A model generated the notes under the pieces. That model saw only the letters and a list, made by a program, of their open reading frames with translations, did not search any database and was not told where the DNA came from. A program made the position numbers and the translations under genes. Positions 37,375 through 47,942 of a stretch of DNA of 64,000 nucleotides are shown here, piece after piece. The stretch spans positions 8,000,001-8,064,000 of the forward strand of contig OZ244999.1 in the NCBI GenBank assembly GCA_965223265.1. Direction: 5' to 3'. The stretch is from Planctomycetota bacterium. GTDB lineage: Bacteria > Planctomycetota > UBA8108 > SXIK01. Positions within the stretch are counted from its first letter, which is position 1; each line of letters begins with the position of its first letter.

Positions 37375-39140
37375 GTGCCGGATCGCAGCGGCGAGTCGCC
37401 CGAACGCTGATCTCCTGGGCCTGTGTTGCCGTGTCGTTCTCTGCCACTTTTCGAGCGGCCGGCTACGCCGCCGAGGCGGATCTTTCCTACCGGGCCGTGA
37501 CTCTTGACCTCGGCAGTTACGTACGCCACCTGCACTGGGGAAGCCGCCGCGGCACGGGCAAACTCGATCTCTTCGTCTTGAGCGGCAACGCCGTGCGCAT
37601 TTGGTGGCAGGGAGCGAGCGGATTCGGGCGTCGCCCGACCGAAGCGCTCGAGCTTCCCGAGGCGGAGAGCATCGTCGATTTCGGCAACCTCGCCGGTGAC
37701 GCGGGCGAAGAAGTGGTCGTTGTGACGCGGCGGGGAGTGTTTGTCGATCGCCGCCATGAGGGCGGTGCCAGCGAGCCTCCGGCCGACTCAAGTGCGAAGG
37801 ATGCGGAGCGTATCACCCCCGACGGTGCGTTTCGACGTTGGCGACTCGAGCGCAGCGGCGCGGGCGGCATCGGTGGTCCAGTGGTGATTCCCTTCGAGCC
37901 CACGGTGGCGCCGATTCTTGTCGATCTGCTGCCGCCGCACACGCATCCCGAGGTCGTTGTGCCGCGTCAGCGTCGCTATGAGATCTATTCGCCGCGCGGC
38001 GACGTGCTCCGAGGCGTCGCCATGCTCGAGGCGTCGCATCGCGTCGTCGTCGATCCTGGCGGCGATGAAATCCTCGATCCGATGCAACTCGAGGTCGACG
38101 TGCGAAGCCTCGAGTTCGATGACGTCAACGGTGACGGACGCGTCGACATCGTCGTCGCCGACGGTGACAACCGTAGTTTTTACCTCCAATCGCCGCAAGG
38201 ATTTTCGAGCGCACCGTCGTTTCGCTTTGACATGGAACGCCTGGCGCTGGGCTCGAGTCGCCGGAACCGACCGCAAAAGCCTCCGTCTCCCGGGGACATT
38301 GAGCTCAACCCAGCGCTGCGGCCGCGTTTTCACGCCGTCGACTTCGACGCCGACGGCCGCCAGGACTACATGATCGCCTCCGGCCAAGTCGTGCAGATCT
38401 ACTTCGGCGGCGCCGCTGGCGCTGACTTTGGAAGGCCGCACTTAGCTCGAAAACTCAGCGGTGAGGTGCAAGGTGTGGGCAGCTTCGACGTCAACAGTGA
38501 CGGTCGCCTCGACGTCGTCGTGGTGAAGTTCGATTTTCCCAGCGTCGCCAGAATCCTTGCCGCCTACTTCATTTCGATGCGGCTCGACTTTGAGGTGTTG
38601 GCGTACTTCAACCGCGACGGAAGGCGTTTCTCTCGACGGCCGGATACCAAGCTCGTGTTGACGCTGAAGGTGCCGCCGCTGCGCAGTATTCTGGAGAATT
38701 TCGACACGTTCGCGTCCGAGTTTCTCGACGCTGTTTCGGAGCAGGTGAAGTACGCAAAGGGTGACGTCAACGCAGATGGCCTACCTGACGCTGTGTTCGT
38801 CGACCCCGACGGCTTTGTGCGAGTTTTTCTAGGGCGCGCCTCCGACGCGGAGCGCATGGCCGACTCGCATCTGCTCGGCGACCTCTTTTTTCGCAGCGAT
38901 CAACGCGTTTGGGAGCTGGAGGAGTTTCTTGCCCACGTCTCCGGTGCCGCGCGCCGCGTTGCCCGGGAGCGATTGTCAGATCGGCGCCCCGACGTCTTCC
39001 TGCCGATCGACCGCGACTTCGCGAGCCACCGCCGTACCGCCCTGCGTCTGCTTGACGTCAACGCCGATGGTCGGCTGGACGTGATCCTCTGGCTGCGGGG
39101 GACACTCAAGATTTTCCTGTCGAACGGCCCGCAGGAGTAG
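37371..39140 (+). CDS. FG-GAP/VCBS repeat protein
   Basis: DVNGDGRVD, DFDADGRQD, DVNSDGRLD, DVNADGLPD, DVNADGRLD; signal peptide; ATGA overlap. Confidence 0.8.
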   Translation: MSAGSQRRVARTLISWACVAVSFSATFRAAGYAAEADLSYRAVTLDLGSYVRHLHWGSRRGTGKLDLFVLSGNAVRIWWQGASGFGRRPTEALELPEAESIVDFGNLAGDAGEEVVVVTRRGVFVDRRHEGGASEPPADSSAKDAERITPDGAFRRWRLERSGAGGIGGPVVIPFEPTVAPILVDLLPPHTHPEVVVPRQRRYEIYSPRGDVLRGVAMLEASHRVVVDPGGDEILDPMQLEVDVRSLEFDDVNGDGRVDIVVADGDNRSFYLQSPQGFSSAPSFRFDMERLALGSSRRNRPQKPPSPGDIELNPALRPRFHAVDFDADGRQDYMIASGQVVQIYFGGAAGADFGRPHLARKLSGEVQGVGSFDVNSDGRLDVVVVKFDFPSVARILAAYFISMRLDFEVLAYFNRDGRRFSRRPDTKLVLTLKVPPLRSILENFDTFASEFLDAVSEQVKYAKGDVNADGLPDAVFVDPDGFVRVFLGRASDAERMADSHLLGDLFFRSDQRVWELEEFLAHVSGAARRVARERLSDRRPDVFLPIDRDFASHRRTALRLLDVNADGRLDVILWLRGTLKIFLSNGPQE

Positions 39141-39280
39141 GCAGAAGCGTGGAATTGGGCCGTTCGCTGGGGCTCCGGCGATGCTATAGTGTGGCGGCTT
39201 TTTTTGGGCGCTTGCGCCGCCGCGGAGCGCTGACCCCACCCGAGACGGCGGAGCTATCAAGAGCAAGAGGTAAAACGAAC

Positions 39281-39553
39281 ATGGCTGAGAATCAGGAAGC
39301 GGCGGGCGACGCAGCCGCGGCCAGCGAGGTTGCCGACGAAAACACCGCCGCCGTCGTCAGCGAGCGGCCACCGCTGGTGATCAAACGGGGCACGCGGATT
39401 CAGATGGGGCCGCGGCGCGGTCGCATCGATCAAGTGCGCGGCGACCCTGTCTACGACGTGCGCGTCAAGTGGGAGGGAGAGAAGTACCCGCAGTTCCTTC
39501 TCTACCAAAGTCTCAAGCGCCAGTACGAGCTCGGAAACCTTCGCTGCGAGTGA
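39281..39553 (+). CDS. Small hypothetical protein (possible SH3/Tudor-like beta barrel)
   Basis: GAGG RBS; stop overlaps the next start (TGATG); GTRIQMG...GRID...YDVRVKWEG pattern. Confidence 0.6.
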   Translation: MAENQEAAGDAAAASEVADENTAAVVSERPPLVIKRGTRIQMGPRRGRIDQVRGDPVYDVRVKWEGEKYPQFLLYQSLKRQYELGNLRCE

Positions 39554-40536
39554 TGGAGCGCGGCGGCGTGCAGCTCCGGTCCTGCGGCGGCAGCGCGCTG
39601 AAGGTTTCCGAGCTAGGCGTCGGCTGCTGGCAGCTCGGAGGGCGCGGCTGGGGGCGGGTGTCGCAGCGCGATGTGGTCGCAGCCCTAGTGCTCGCTTGTG
39701 AGCGCGGGGTGAATCTTTTTGATACGGCTGCGGTGTATGGCTTCGGCGTCTCCGAGACACTTTTGGGGCAGGCGCTCAAACAATTTCGTACGGCGGCGGT
39801 GGTGGTCTCGAAAGGCGGCCTGGTGTGGGACTGGCGCCGGCGCGTGCGCCACGACGCCTCGCCGGAGAGTTTGCGCCAGCAGCTCGAGGCGAGCCTCGTG
39901 CGCCTGGGGCGCGATCACATCGATCTCTATCTGCTGCACTGGCCTGATGCGCAGACGCCGCTGGAAGCATCGGTTGAAGCCCTCGATGGTTTCGTCGATG
40001 CGGGGTTGATCCGGGCGTGGGGCGTCTCGAACCACAGCGACGACCTGGTCGCGCAAGCAGTGACCGCGGCGACCCCGCGGCCAGGAGCGGCGGCACCGGT
40101 GATCGAACTGCCGCTCAACGCGCTCGATTTTTATCCCCGTGCCTATCGCACTTCGGCGGCAGCCGGCGCCGAGCTCATGCGGCTGGCGGTGGCCCACGGC
40201 CTCGGCGTGATTGCCTTCGATGTGCTGGCGCGCGGCTACCTGGCGCGGCCAGAAGTCTCCTCTCCGGGACGACGCGACGTGCGTCGTGAGGACGAGCGAT
40301 TCTGCGCACCGCCACTGCACCAGACCGTTCAACGAGCACGCTTTTTCGAACTCGCGGCCGCGCTTGGAGTCGCGCCCGCCGCGCTCGCGGTGCGGGCGAC
40401 GTTGTCGCGGCCAGGTGTGTCGTCGGCGCTCGTCGGTGTGAAGTCGACGCAGCAGCTCGAGGAGTGCCTCGGCTACTCAGAAGTCGAGCTGCCGAGCGAG
40501 CTCAGGAGCGGCGTGCTCGAGCGGCCAGAGGACTAG
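39553..40536 (+). CDS. Aldo/keto reductase
   Basis: VSELGVGCW, FDTAAVYG, SKGG, SLVRLGRDHIDLYLLHWPD, WGVSN. Confidence 0.9.
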   Translation: MERGGVQLRSCGGSALKVSELGVGCWQLGGRGWGRVSQRDVVAALVLACERGVNLFDTAAVYGFGVSETLLGQALKQFRTAAVVVSKGGLVWDWRRRVRHDASPESLRQQLEASLVRLGRDHIDLYLLHWPDAQTPLEASVEALDGFVDAGLIRAWGVSNHSDDLVAQAVTAATPRPGAAAPVIELPLNALDFYPRAYRTSAAAGAELMRLAVAHGLGVIAFDVLARGYLARPEVSSPGRRDVRREDERFCAPPLHQTVQRARFFELAAALGVAPAALAVRATLSRPGVSSALVGVKSTQQLEECLGYSEVELPSELRSGVLERPED

Positions 40537-40646
40537 CCCAGCACTAGCAGCCCGTCTTGCGTGCCGGCCGTCAACCGCAGACGCGGTTTCGAGTTGCGGG
40601 CACGCCCCGAGTTCGAACGCGGTCGTCCCATCCCATCTGCGCGAGG

Positions 40647-41567
40647 CTAACCGAACAGCTCGTCGCGCGGCGGCGGGGCGCTGACCTGTTCCAGCCAAGC
40701 GATACACGCTGCGAGGCTTTTCTGCTCGGTGACCGTCCTTGTCGGCAGGAGCCAAAACGGAAGCTCGTTGAGAGCGGGGATGCGCTCTCTCCAGTCAAGC
40801 TGTCCATGACCTGGCAGGCAGGAGGGGGCATCTTCGCCTGCGCCCGGCGCATCTCCCGGCGTATCTCGCAGTGTCGCACCAACGACGGCTTCGCCGAATT
40901 GCCGCCACGCTGCTGTGTCGACCTCCTCCCCCACCTTGGATTCCTCCTCCGCCGCCGCAGACTCACGGGCGTCGGCAAGCGTGTCCGGCCACACCCCGAT
41001 CGGCGCGCCGCGAAACTCGTGCAGTAAGCGCGTCGTCTCGGCGCTGTTCGGCAGCATGCCGAGCTCAGCCACAGGCGTCACGAGCAGCTGCACGCTGGCC
41101 CGTTCGGCAGCGCTGAGCAGTCGATCAACGCTGCTGAGGAACGAGTCGAAATGGCGCTCGGCGAGCTCATGGCGGCGACGGTTCGCCACGGCTCTCGGCG
41201 AGCCCGGGGAATTGACCCAGGCGTCGATCCGAACGCTCGGCAGAAAGACGTACCCGAGCGTGAATGCGCTGGCGAAACGGATCGACTCGGCGCCGATGTT
41301 CTCCGCATCGCGCTTGTCTTCTCGGTGGAGAGTTCCGAGGCGCAGAGGACACGGCATGCCCGGGTGGAGGCCGCGCGGTAGCGGCGTGAAGAGCTCGCAG
41401 CCGAACAGAACGCCCGCAGGGAGGTCGGTGCGAAGTCGCTGCCAGTCGCGCCGGTAGAATGGCTGTGACAGGACCACGGATTCGCAGCCGGCGTCGAGGC
41501 AAGTCGACGTTTGTGCGTTAACGTCGCTGGCGTCCGAGTGGCGAACCGAGGCGATGATTCGAGGCAT
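40647..41567 (-). CDS. Xylose-isomerase-like TIM-barrel protein with degenerate metal ligands
   Basis: Family spacing recognisable: ESIRFA, LLHEFRGAPIGVWPDT, LPGHGQLDW. Confidence 0.6.
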   Translation of the reverse strand: MPRIIASVRHSDASDVNAQTSTCLDAGCESVVLSQPFYRRDWQRLRTDLPAGVLFGCELFTPLPRGLHPGMPCPLRLGTLHREDKRDAENIGAESIRFASAFTLGYVFLPSVRIDAWVNSPGSPRAVANRRRHELAERHFDSFLSSVDRLLSAAERASVQLLVTPVAELGMLPNSAETTRLLHEFRGAPIGVWPDTLADARESAAAEEESKVGEEVDTAAWRQFGEAVVGATLRDTPGDAPGAGEDAPSCLPGHGQLDWRERIPALNELPFWLLPTRTVTEQKSLAACIAWLEQVSAPPPRDELFG

Positions 41568-42040
41568 CGAATCGCATCTCCCTAAACAGCCCGTGACCAA
41601 AGCCTTCAAGAGGCGATCGATAGTGCCCGCTGCGGGCGAAGTTTGCGACGACAAAGCTTGGTGTCGAGCGACTGTCGTGTTGCACTTGCCCTCGCCGGCG
41701 GGCGCTTCAAGGCGCCGGACCGTGGACTACTTTGTTTCGAGACTTGTTCTCTTGCCACGTCACCGAGAGTGGTCCGTCCCTGTTCTCTCCGTTCCCGACT
41801 GCGGTCCCTCGCGCGACCGGCGTCGTTCGGCAGCCGAGCGTTCGGTTCACCGCGCTGCCAGCCTTTATTTGGCTCTGCAGCTGACGTATAGTCAGGGACT
41901 CGCGGTCGCGCCCACGGGCCGTGTCCCGGCGCCCGTTGCGGTGATTCCGCTCCGCCCGTCACTCGTCTCACGTGACTGATCGCGTTTCGTATTCTTCGTC
42001 ATTTTTCTTCGAATAGATCCTTTCGCAGCGAGGTTCGGCA

Positions 42041-43993
42041 ATGGCAGAGTCCCAAGACAACGCTCGTTTCGCCCCACCGTCCGATTTTGCCGCGCGAGCG
42101 CACGTCGGAAGCCTCTCCCAGTACAAGGAACTCTACGCCCAGTCCGTGAAGGATCCGGAAGGTTTCTGGGCGGAGCAGGCGAAGCGCCTCGACTGGATCG
42201 AACCTTGGTCGAAGGTCCTTGAGTGGGACTTCGACGAACCGCGTGTGGCGTGGTTCCAAGGCGGTCAGCTGAACGCCAGTGTCAACTGTCTCGACCGACA
42301 TGTCGACGCCGGAAACGGCGACCGCACAGCCATCATTTGGGAGGGCAACGACCCTTCTGAAAGCCGCACGTTGACCTACGCGGAGCTTCTCGGCGAGGTG
42401 TGCCAGTGCGCCAACGCCTTGCAGGAGCTTGGAGTGAGGAAGGGGGACCGCGTCTGTATCTACATGCCGATGGTGCCGGAACTAGCGGTGGCTGTACTCG
42501 CGTGCGCCCGCATCGGCGCCGTCCACAACGTCGTCTTCGGTGGGTTTAGCGCCGACTCGCTCCGCGATCGCATCCTCGACAGCGCGTGCGCGGTCGTTCT
42601 CACGGCGGACGAGGGCGTGCGCGGCAACAAAACCATCCCGCTGAAGGCGATCACCGATGAGGCGCTCGAGGGTGCCGACTGCGTTCAGCACTGCCTCGTG
42701 GTGCGCCGCACGGGCGGCGAGGTCGCCATGAAGGCCGGTCGGGATCACTGGTGGCACGAGACCGTGACGCCGATGTCGAAACGCTGTGCGCCATCGGTTC
42801 AAGACGCAGAAGATCCCCTCTTCATCCTTTACACCTCGGGCAGTACGGGCAAGCCGAAGGGGGTGCTGCACACGACGGCTGGGTACTTGCTCTATGCCTC
42901 GCTGACGCACGAGTTGGTTTTCGACTACCATCCTGGGGACGTGTATTGGTGCACCGCCGACATCGGCTGGATCACCGGACACAGCTACATCCTCTACGGA
43001 CCGCTCGCCAACGGCGCGACCACGATGATGTTCGAGGGCGTGCCGAACTATCCCGACTTCGATCGTTTTTGGGAAGTTGTGGAAAAACACTCGGTGAACA
43101 TTTTTTATACGGCACCGACAGCGATCCGAGCGCTCATGCGCGAGGGCACCTCGCACACCGAGAAACACTCCATGGAGAGTCTGCGCCTGCTCGGGACGGT
43201 CGGTGAGCCGATCAATCCGGAGGCGTGGCGCTGGTACCACGACAACGTCGGCAAGGGGCGCTGCCCCATCGTCGACACGTGGTGGCAAACCGAGACTGGA
43301 GGGATCTTGATCAGTCCGCTCCCCGGCGCCATCGACACCAAACCCGGGTCGGCCACACTCCCCTTCTTTGGCGTCAGGCCGCTCCTCGTCGACGACGAGG
43401 GCAAACGGCTGCCGGCGGAGGGCGAGGCGCGCGGGAACCTTTGCATCGACTTCCCGTGGCCATCGATGATGCGCACCGTTTACGGCGACCACAAGAGGTT
43501 CCGCGACACGTACTTCGTGCAGTATCCCGGTTACTACTTCACGGGTGACGGGTGTTTGCGCGACGCCGACGGTTATTATTGGATCACCGGGCGTGTCGAC
43601 GACGTCATGAACATCTCAGGCCACCGCCTCGGCACGGCAGAAGTCGAGAGCGCACTGGTCGCGCACCCGGCAGTGTCTGAGGCGGCGGTCGTCGGGATTC
43701 CGCACGACATCAAGGGGCAGGGGATCTACGCCTACGTCGCACTGACCGCCGGCGTCGATGCAACCGATGCCCTCCTCCAAGAGCTCGTCCAGCACGTACG
43801 CACGGTGATCGGTCCCATCGCCACGCCCGACAAGATCCAATTCGCCGCCGGTCTGCCGAAGACGCGCAGCGGCAAGATCATGCGTCGTATCCTACGCAAG
43901 ATTGCTTGCGGGGAGGTCTCGGACCTTGGCGACACCACCACCCTTGCCGACCCTGGCGTGGTCACCGACTTGTTGACCAACCGCGTCCAGTGA
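42041..43993 (+). CDS. acs: Acetyl-CoA synthetase
   Basis: [55 protein letters not shown]; 650 aa. Confidence 0.97.
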   Translation: MAESQDNARFAPPSDFAARAHVGSLSQYKELYAQSVKDPEGFWAEQAKRLDWIEPWSKVLEWDFDEPRVAWFQGGQLNASVNCLDRHVDAGNGDRTAIIWEGNDPSESRTLTYAELLGEVCQCANALQELGVRKGDRVCIYMPMVPELAVAVLACARIGAVHNVVFGGFSADSLRDRILDSACAVVLTADEGVRGNKTIPLKAITDEALEGADCVQHCLVVRRTGGEVAMKAGRDHWWHETVTPMSKRCAPSVQDAEDPLFILYTSGSTGKPKGVLHTTAGYLLYASLTHELVFDYHPGDVYWCTADIGWITGHSYILYGPLANGATTMMFEGVPNYPDFDRFWEVVEKHSVNIFYTAPTAIRALMREGTSHTEKHSMESLRLLGTVGEPINPEAWRWYHDNVGKGRCPIVDTWWQTETGGILISPLPGAIDTKPGSATLPFFGVRPLLVDDEGKRLPAEGEARGNLCIDFPWPSMMRTVYGDHKRFRDTYFVQYPGYYFTGDGCLRDADGYYWITGRVDDVMNISGHRLGTAEVESALVAHPAVSEAAVVGIPHDIKGQGIYAYVALTAGVDATDALLQELVQHVRTVIGPIATPDKIQFAAGLPKTRSGKIMRRILRKIACGEVSDLGDTTTLADPGVVTDLLTNRVQ

Positions 43994-44029
43994 ATCTTTT
44001 TGTGACGCCTGCGCCTTTGACGTTTTTTC

Positions 44030-44057
44030 TTGGCAAGTACCGGTAAGGTCTTACAAT
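44030..44057 (+). promoter_or_regulatory. Candidate sigma70 promoter
   Basis: TTGGCA-N16-TACAAT in the intergenic region upstream of the 44294 gene. Confidence 0.45.
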
Positions 44058-44293
44058 CCACAGTCCGGAAAACGGCAATCCGGGAAAGAAGTGAAGTCGG
44101 TGATCTCAACCAGGCCCCTCGATTGTCGGGCCGAATGTTGAGGTCACCAAGGTCGAGCGAACGTCGAGCGAGCTCGTGAAGTGATTTTGAGTCGCGGCGC
44201 CGGTGCTCCCGGTGCGTGGTAGCGGCCTCGTCGTGAGGGATGCCTACCGGCGACCCATGCCGCTCGCGTCGCGCCGAGCAGAGGGACTCCCCC

Positions 44294-47200
44294 ATGAAGT
44301 CAGTCTTCTTCTTCTGTGTGATCTTTCTCTCGATGCTGACGGTGTTTCTCCTTGCCACCGGCGAAGTGCAGCGATGGTTCACTGACACCGGCAGCGGATT
44401 TCCCGAGTTTGAGCGCGTTCGTGCCGACGACGACGCGGAAAACCTTCTCATGTTCCCCTGGTGGGACACTGAAAACGGCCGCGTTGGATTTCGCATTCGG
44501 GCGGAACTCAATCAAGAGGACCTCGGACAGCACCAAAAGATCGATGACATCAGTCAACTGACGCTGCGCAACGGTGTGCTCGAGATTCCCCACGAAGGAC
44601 TCGAAGTGTCGCCGAGCGAGGGCGCGGAGGCGACTGCTCCAGACGCTGAGCAGTCGATCGTCGTCGAGTTCGACACAGCCGAGTGGTCTAAGGAGAGGAA
44701 AAATGTGCTGCTGCGCAGCGGTAAGGGGCGCACCGAAGACGGCTACGAATTCCAGTTCGAGACGCTTTCGTTCGCCTATCAGCAGGGTGATGATCACCAG
44801 GATTCGATCGTGCGCTCCGATCGGCCGGTGAGTATCGAGAATGAAGCGTTTTCGCTTTCTAGTCCTGCTGGGCTGGAGGGCCGGCTGGTTGCCGGCGAGC
44901 TGCGTAGCATCCGTTTTCTGCCCCCGGTGACGGCGAAGATCGATCCCAGCCGGGCTCCGGGGTTTGCGCCCGGGCTTGCGGCAGAGGGCGGAGACAAAGA
45001 GAACGAGAAAGAGGGCGGGCACGCCAGTGAATCCGGGGCCGCGACGCAAGGCGGCAAGGACGCCAAGGAGAAGCGCGGTTTCGTTGTCGTCACCAGCCAA
45101 GGGCCACTCGACCTGGAGCGGCTTCCGGGCGCTTCGGCCTCGGCGGTCCGGGACGGCGAGCACACCGCGATCACGTTTCGCGACGACGTCGTGATCCGCT
45201 CTGCCCCGGTCTCGACCGCCACCAAAGCCGCGGCAGCGTCTGGTTCGCGGTTCGAGTGCCAGCTTCTCGAGCTCTTTTTCGTCAAGAGAGGTAGCCGAGT
45301 GGTGCCCGATGGGGCGCGGGCGACCTGGCCGGGCGGCCGGGTTAAGGCCTATTTTCAGCCGGAAGGTGGCCGCGATCGGGATCTCTATGTGATCGACGGC
45401 GAGCGACTGGAGTGGCGCACCACCGCGGGCGCGGATGGCGACCCAGCCTCCGCCGTGCAGGAGGCTTTTCTTCTTGGGCGACCCACGCTCACGGGTGGCG
45501 CAATGCAATTCGAGGCGGAGCGGGCGACTCTGGGCGTGACCACCGGGCACGTGCTTCTCGCTCGCGTCAGCGGCACGTTTCGACGACCGGAGCCGAAGCG
45601 TCCGAAAGCGCACGGCGCCGGAACCGAAGAGCAGCGCCGGTCGCCCTTTCCATCGGACTGGAACGTCGAGGCCGACGAGATCGAATTCGTGTTCGACGCC
45701 GAGCGGCGACTTTCTCACTTCGTCGCGCGTGCCGAAGATCCGGGCGGGTTACGTCTCGTCAGCCGCGAGAGCGAGGACGGCGTAGATGGCAGCGCGGAGC
45801 GGGACGCAGCGGGGATGAGCTTGGACGCAACGCATCTGCGCTACGATGTTGGCGAGCGAGTGGTGACGATTTCTGGCAAGGGGGGCGACAAGCCAGTCGT
45901 GAAGCAGGGGCCGAACGAGATGAAAGCGGAAGTTCTCAAACTCCTTCTTGCCGAAGAGGTCGCGGTGTTCGAGAACGATGTCCACGCTATCATCGGCGAT
46001 CCGGAATCGTTCGCGGCGCTGCGTGGCGAGCCTCCTACGGCCGAGCCTCAGCCCGCGAATGGCGAGCCCGAGAGTGCCGAGACAAAGAACCAGACCGCCA
46101 AGGAGAACCGGAGCGGTCTTGGGCGACTCCTGGGCGACGGCGGACAGGGGGTGATCGAGCTGCACGCCGCGTCTCTGCGCATCGGCGGCGCGGACGATCG
46201 CATCGGTGCGCTGAGCGCCAGGGGGACGCCGGTGCGCGTCGAGATCGCGGGGCGCCGGCCGCGGGTTCTCGAGGCCGCGAAGCTTGACCTCCTCGACGGT
46301 CAAGTGATTCTCGAGGGTGATGTGAATCGGCGCGCCCGGCTTGAGGTCGGCGACGCCCGGCTGCAGGCGGGACGAGTACGCTTCGAGGAGCTGCACCTCA
46401 CCGCGATACTCGAAGAATCGGTTTCGCTCCAGCTGCGCAAGTCGGGTAAACGCCTCACGGTCCGCGGCGGGCGTGCGGAGGTGCAGTTTTATTCGCAGGA
46501 GGAGATGAAGGGACGGCAAGAGTCGACTGGGCCGCTCCGGGATCTCGATGAAGTGAAGCTACTCCATGTTGAGGGCGACGGCGACGATAGGGTCGAATTC
46601 GCGGGCGGCGGCGACGCGGAGGAGCCGACGCTGCGCGCCAGATCGCAGACCCTTCTGTGGGACGGGGAGACGCGCGAGCTGCGCCTCTTCGGTGACGGGG
46701 AGCAGGAGATTCGTCTGGCGAGCGACCGGCTGGACGGGCCGGTTTTCGCGCGGGAAATCCTCTACCGCGCGGAACAGTCGCTGATCGAGCTTCGCGGCAG
46801 CGTGCGCGGTGAAATCGCCTATCGCGTCGACCGCGAGCGTCCTTCGAAAAGCGGGCGTCGTCAGAAACTGTCGGAGCGTACCCCCACGCACTGGAAACTG
46901 GAGACCAGCCGTCTCGAGATCCGCCTCGGCGATGGCTCAGGAGACGGCACGTCGTCGAGGGGCGGATCCTCAAGTGACGATGCGTCAAGAGACCTTTTCG
47001 TGGAGTCCGTGCATGCGCGGGAATGGGTTCACCTGAAGAACGCGGAGCTGCAGCTGCAGCTCCTCGGCGATGAGCTGCGCTTCGACGCTGGGTCGAACAA
47101 GATCCACGTATTCTCCCCCGCCGGCAGGCCACAGACGTTTCAGCGCGGTACCTCGTTCGCCGCGCCGACCGAGACGGTTGCCGGTCAAGACGAGTCGGGA

Positions 47201-47680
47201 GGCGCCCCAGCTCCAGCATGGAAGACCGACAAAATCATCGCCCAGGAGATCTGGCTGCTGCCCTACTCGAATGCGCGCGCCCAGTTGGGGAGCCCGAGCC
47301 GTTGGCTTCTGATCAGCTTTCATCACGACGTCAAGGCGACGTTCCACCCAGCCGGTGAGACGCTGCTGTCACGGTCGGAGGGCGCGTGGAAGCTCGATGC
47401 CGAGGACGAGTTGACGCTACAGATCGATCCGGAGCGCGACGCCGCACACGCCGTGGTGAGCGCCCGGGCCGTCGGCAACGTTGTCTTCAAGGCTGGCGAT
47501 AACACCGCCACCGCTGAGACGGCTGAGTACGAGGGGCGGAGCCGCGACATGATCCTTCGGGGCCGTCCGGCACGGGTCACATACGACGGCACGACCGTCG
47601 AGAAGCGGGTTTTCCGGCTGGTGTACCAAACGGGAGGCGGGTTCAAACTGGAGTCGCGGCCGCACCCGCGCAGGTCATAG
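44294..47680 (+). CDS. Very large membrane-anchored LptC/LptA(OstA)-like beta-jellyroll repeat protein
   Basis: N-terminal TM helix. LptC-like SDRPVSIE...GLEGRL...IRFLPPVTAKID. C-terminal LptA-like AVGNVVFKAGDNTATAETAEYEG...ILRGRPARV. Beta-rich throughout. Confidence 0.65.
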   Translation: MKSVFFFCVIFLSMLTVFLLATGEVQRWFTDTGSGFPEFERVRADDDAENLLMFPWWDTENGRVGFRIRAELNQEDLGQHQKIDDISQLTLRNGVLEIPHEGLEVSPSEGAEATAPDAEQSIVVEFDTAEWSKERKNVLLRSGKGRTEDGYEFQFETLSFAYQQGDDHQDSIVRSDRPVSIENEAFSLSSPAGLEGRLVAGELRSIRFLPPVTAKIDPSRAPGFAPGLAAEGGDKENEKEGGHASESGAATQGGKDAKEKRGFVVVTSQGPLDLERLPGASASAVRDGEHTAITFRDDVVIRSAPVSTATKAAAASGSRFECQLLELFFVKRGSRVVPDGARATWPGGRVKAYFQPEGGRDRDLYVIDGERLEWRTTAGADGDPASAVQEAFLLGRPTLTGGAMQFEAERATLGVTTGHVLLARVSGTFRRPEPKRPKAHGAGTEEQRRSPFPSDWNVEADEIEFVFDAERRLSHFVARAEDPGGLRLVSRESEDGVDGSAERDAAGMSLDATHLRYDVGERVVTISGKGGDKPVVKQGPNEMKAEVLKLLLAEEVAVFENDVHAIIGDPESFAALRGEPPTAEPQPANGEPESAETKNQTAKENRSGLGRLLGDGGQGVIELHAASLRIGGADDRIGALSARGTPVRVEIAGRRPRVLEAAKLDLLDGQVILEGDVNRRARLEVGDARLQAGRVRFEELHLTAILEESVSLQLRKSGKRLTVRGGRAEVQFYSQEEMKGRQESTGPLRDLDEVKLLHVEGDGDDRVEFAGGGDAEEPTLRARSQTLLWDGETRELRLFGDGEQEIRLASDRLDGPVFAREILYRAEQSLIELRGSVRGEIAYRVDRERPSKSGRRQKLSERTPTHWKLETSRLEIRLGDGSGDGTSSRGGSSSDDASRDLFVESVHAREWVHLKNAELQLQLLGDELRFDAGSNKIHVFSPAGRPQTFQRGTSFAAPTETVAGQDESGGAPAPAWKTDKIIAQEIWLLPYSNARAQLGSPSRWLLISFHHDVKATFHPAGETLLSRSEGAWKLDAEDELTLQIDPERDAAHAVVSARAVGNVVFKAGDNTATAETAEYEGRSRDMILRGRPARVTYDGTTVEKRVFRLVYQTGGGFKLESRPHPRRS

Positions 47681-47942
47681 TCCGTCTCATTCGATCCCAA
47701 TCCTGGGACCGAAAGAATCTCGGTAAAGGATTCGCTCGGCGAGCAAAAGCCCAAGAGACCTTGGCCTCCCGGAAAACTCGTTCGGCCAGGCGGGTTCGAA
47801 AAGGCCCTGCTCGAGGTTAGACTTAGGAGTTGTCGATCGCGGTCCGAGACGGGCTTCGAGTCGACTCGCTCGCTTCTGGGCGGTGGTCGTCGTGCCGCGC
47901 CGTCGCGGGGCAGCCTCAGCGAACCTGCGGAGTGATCAATTC

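Noticed and set aside
1-43993. cobB and acs in the same window (known deacetylase-substrate pair)
   Set aside because: They are about 41 kb apart with unrelated genes between, so there is no evidence of linkage, and the relationship is already well known.
47681-47942. GGTTCGA/TTCGAGTC motifs suggesting a tRNA
   Set aside because: No cloverleaf, acceptor stem or CCA end could be built around them.
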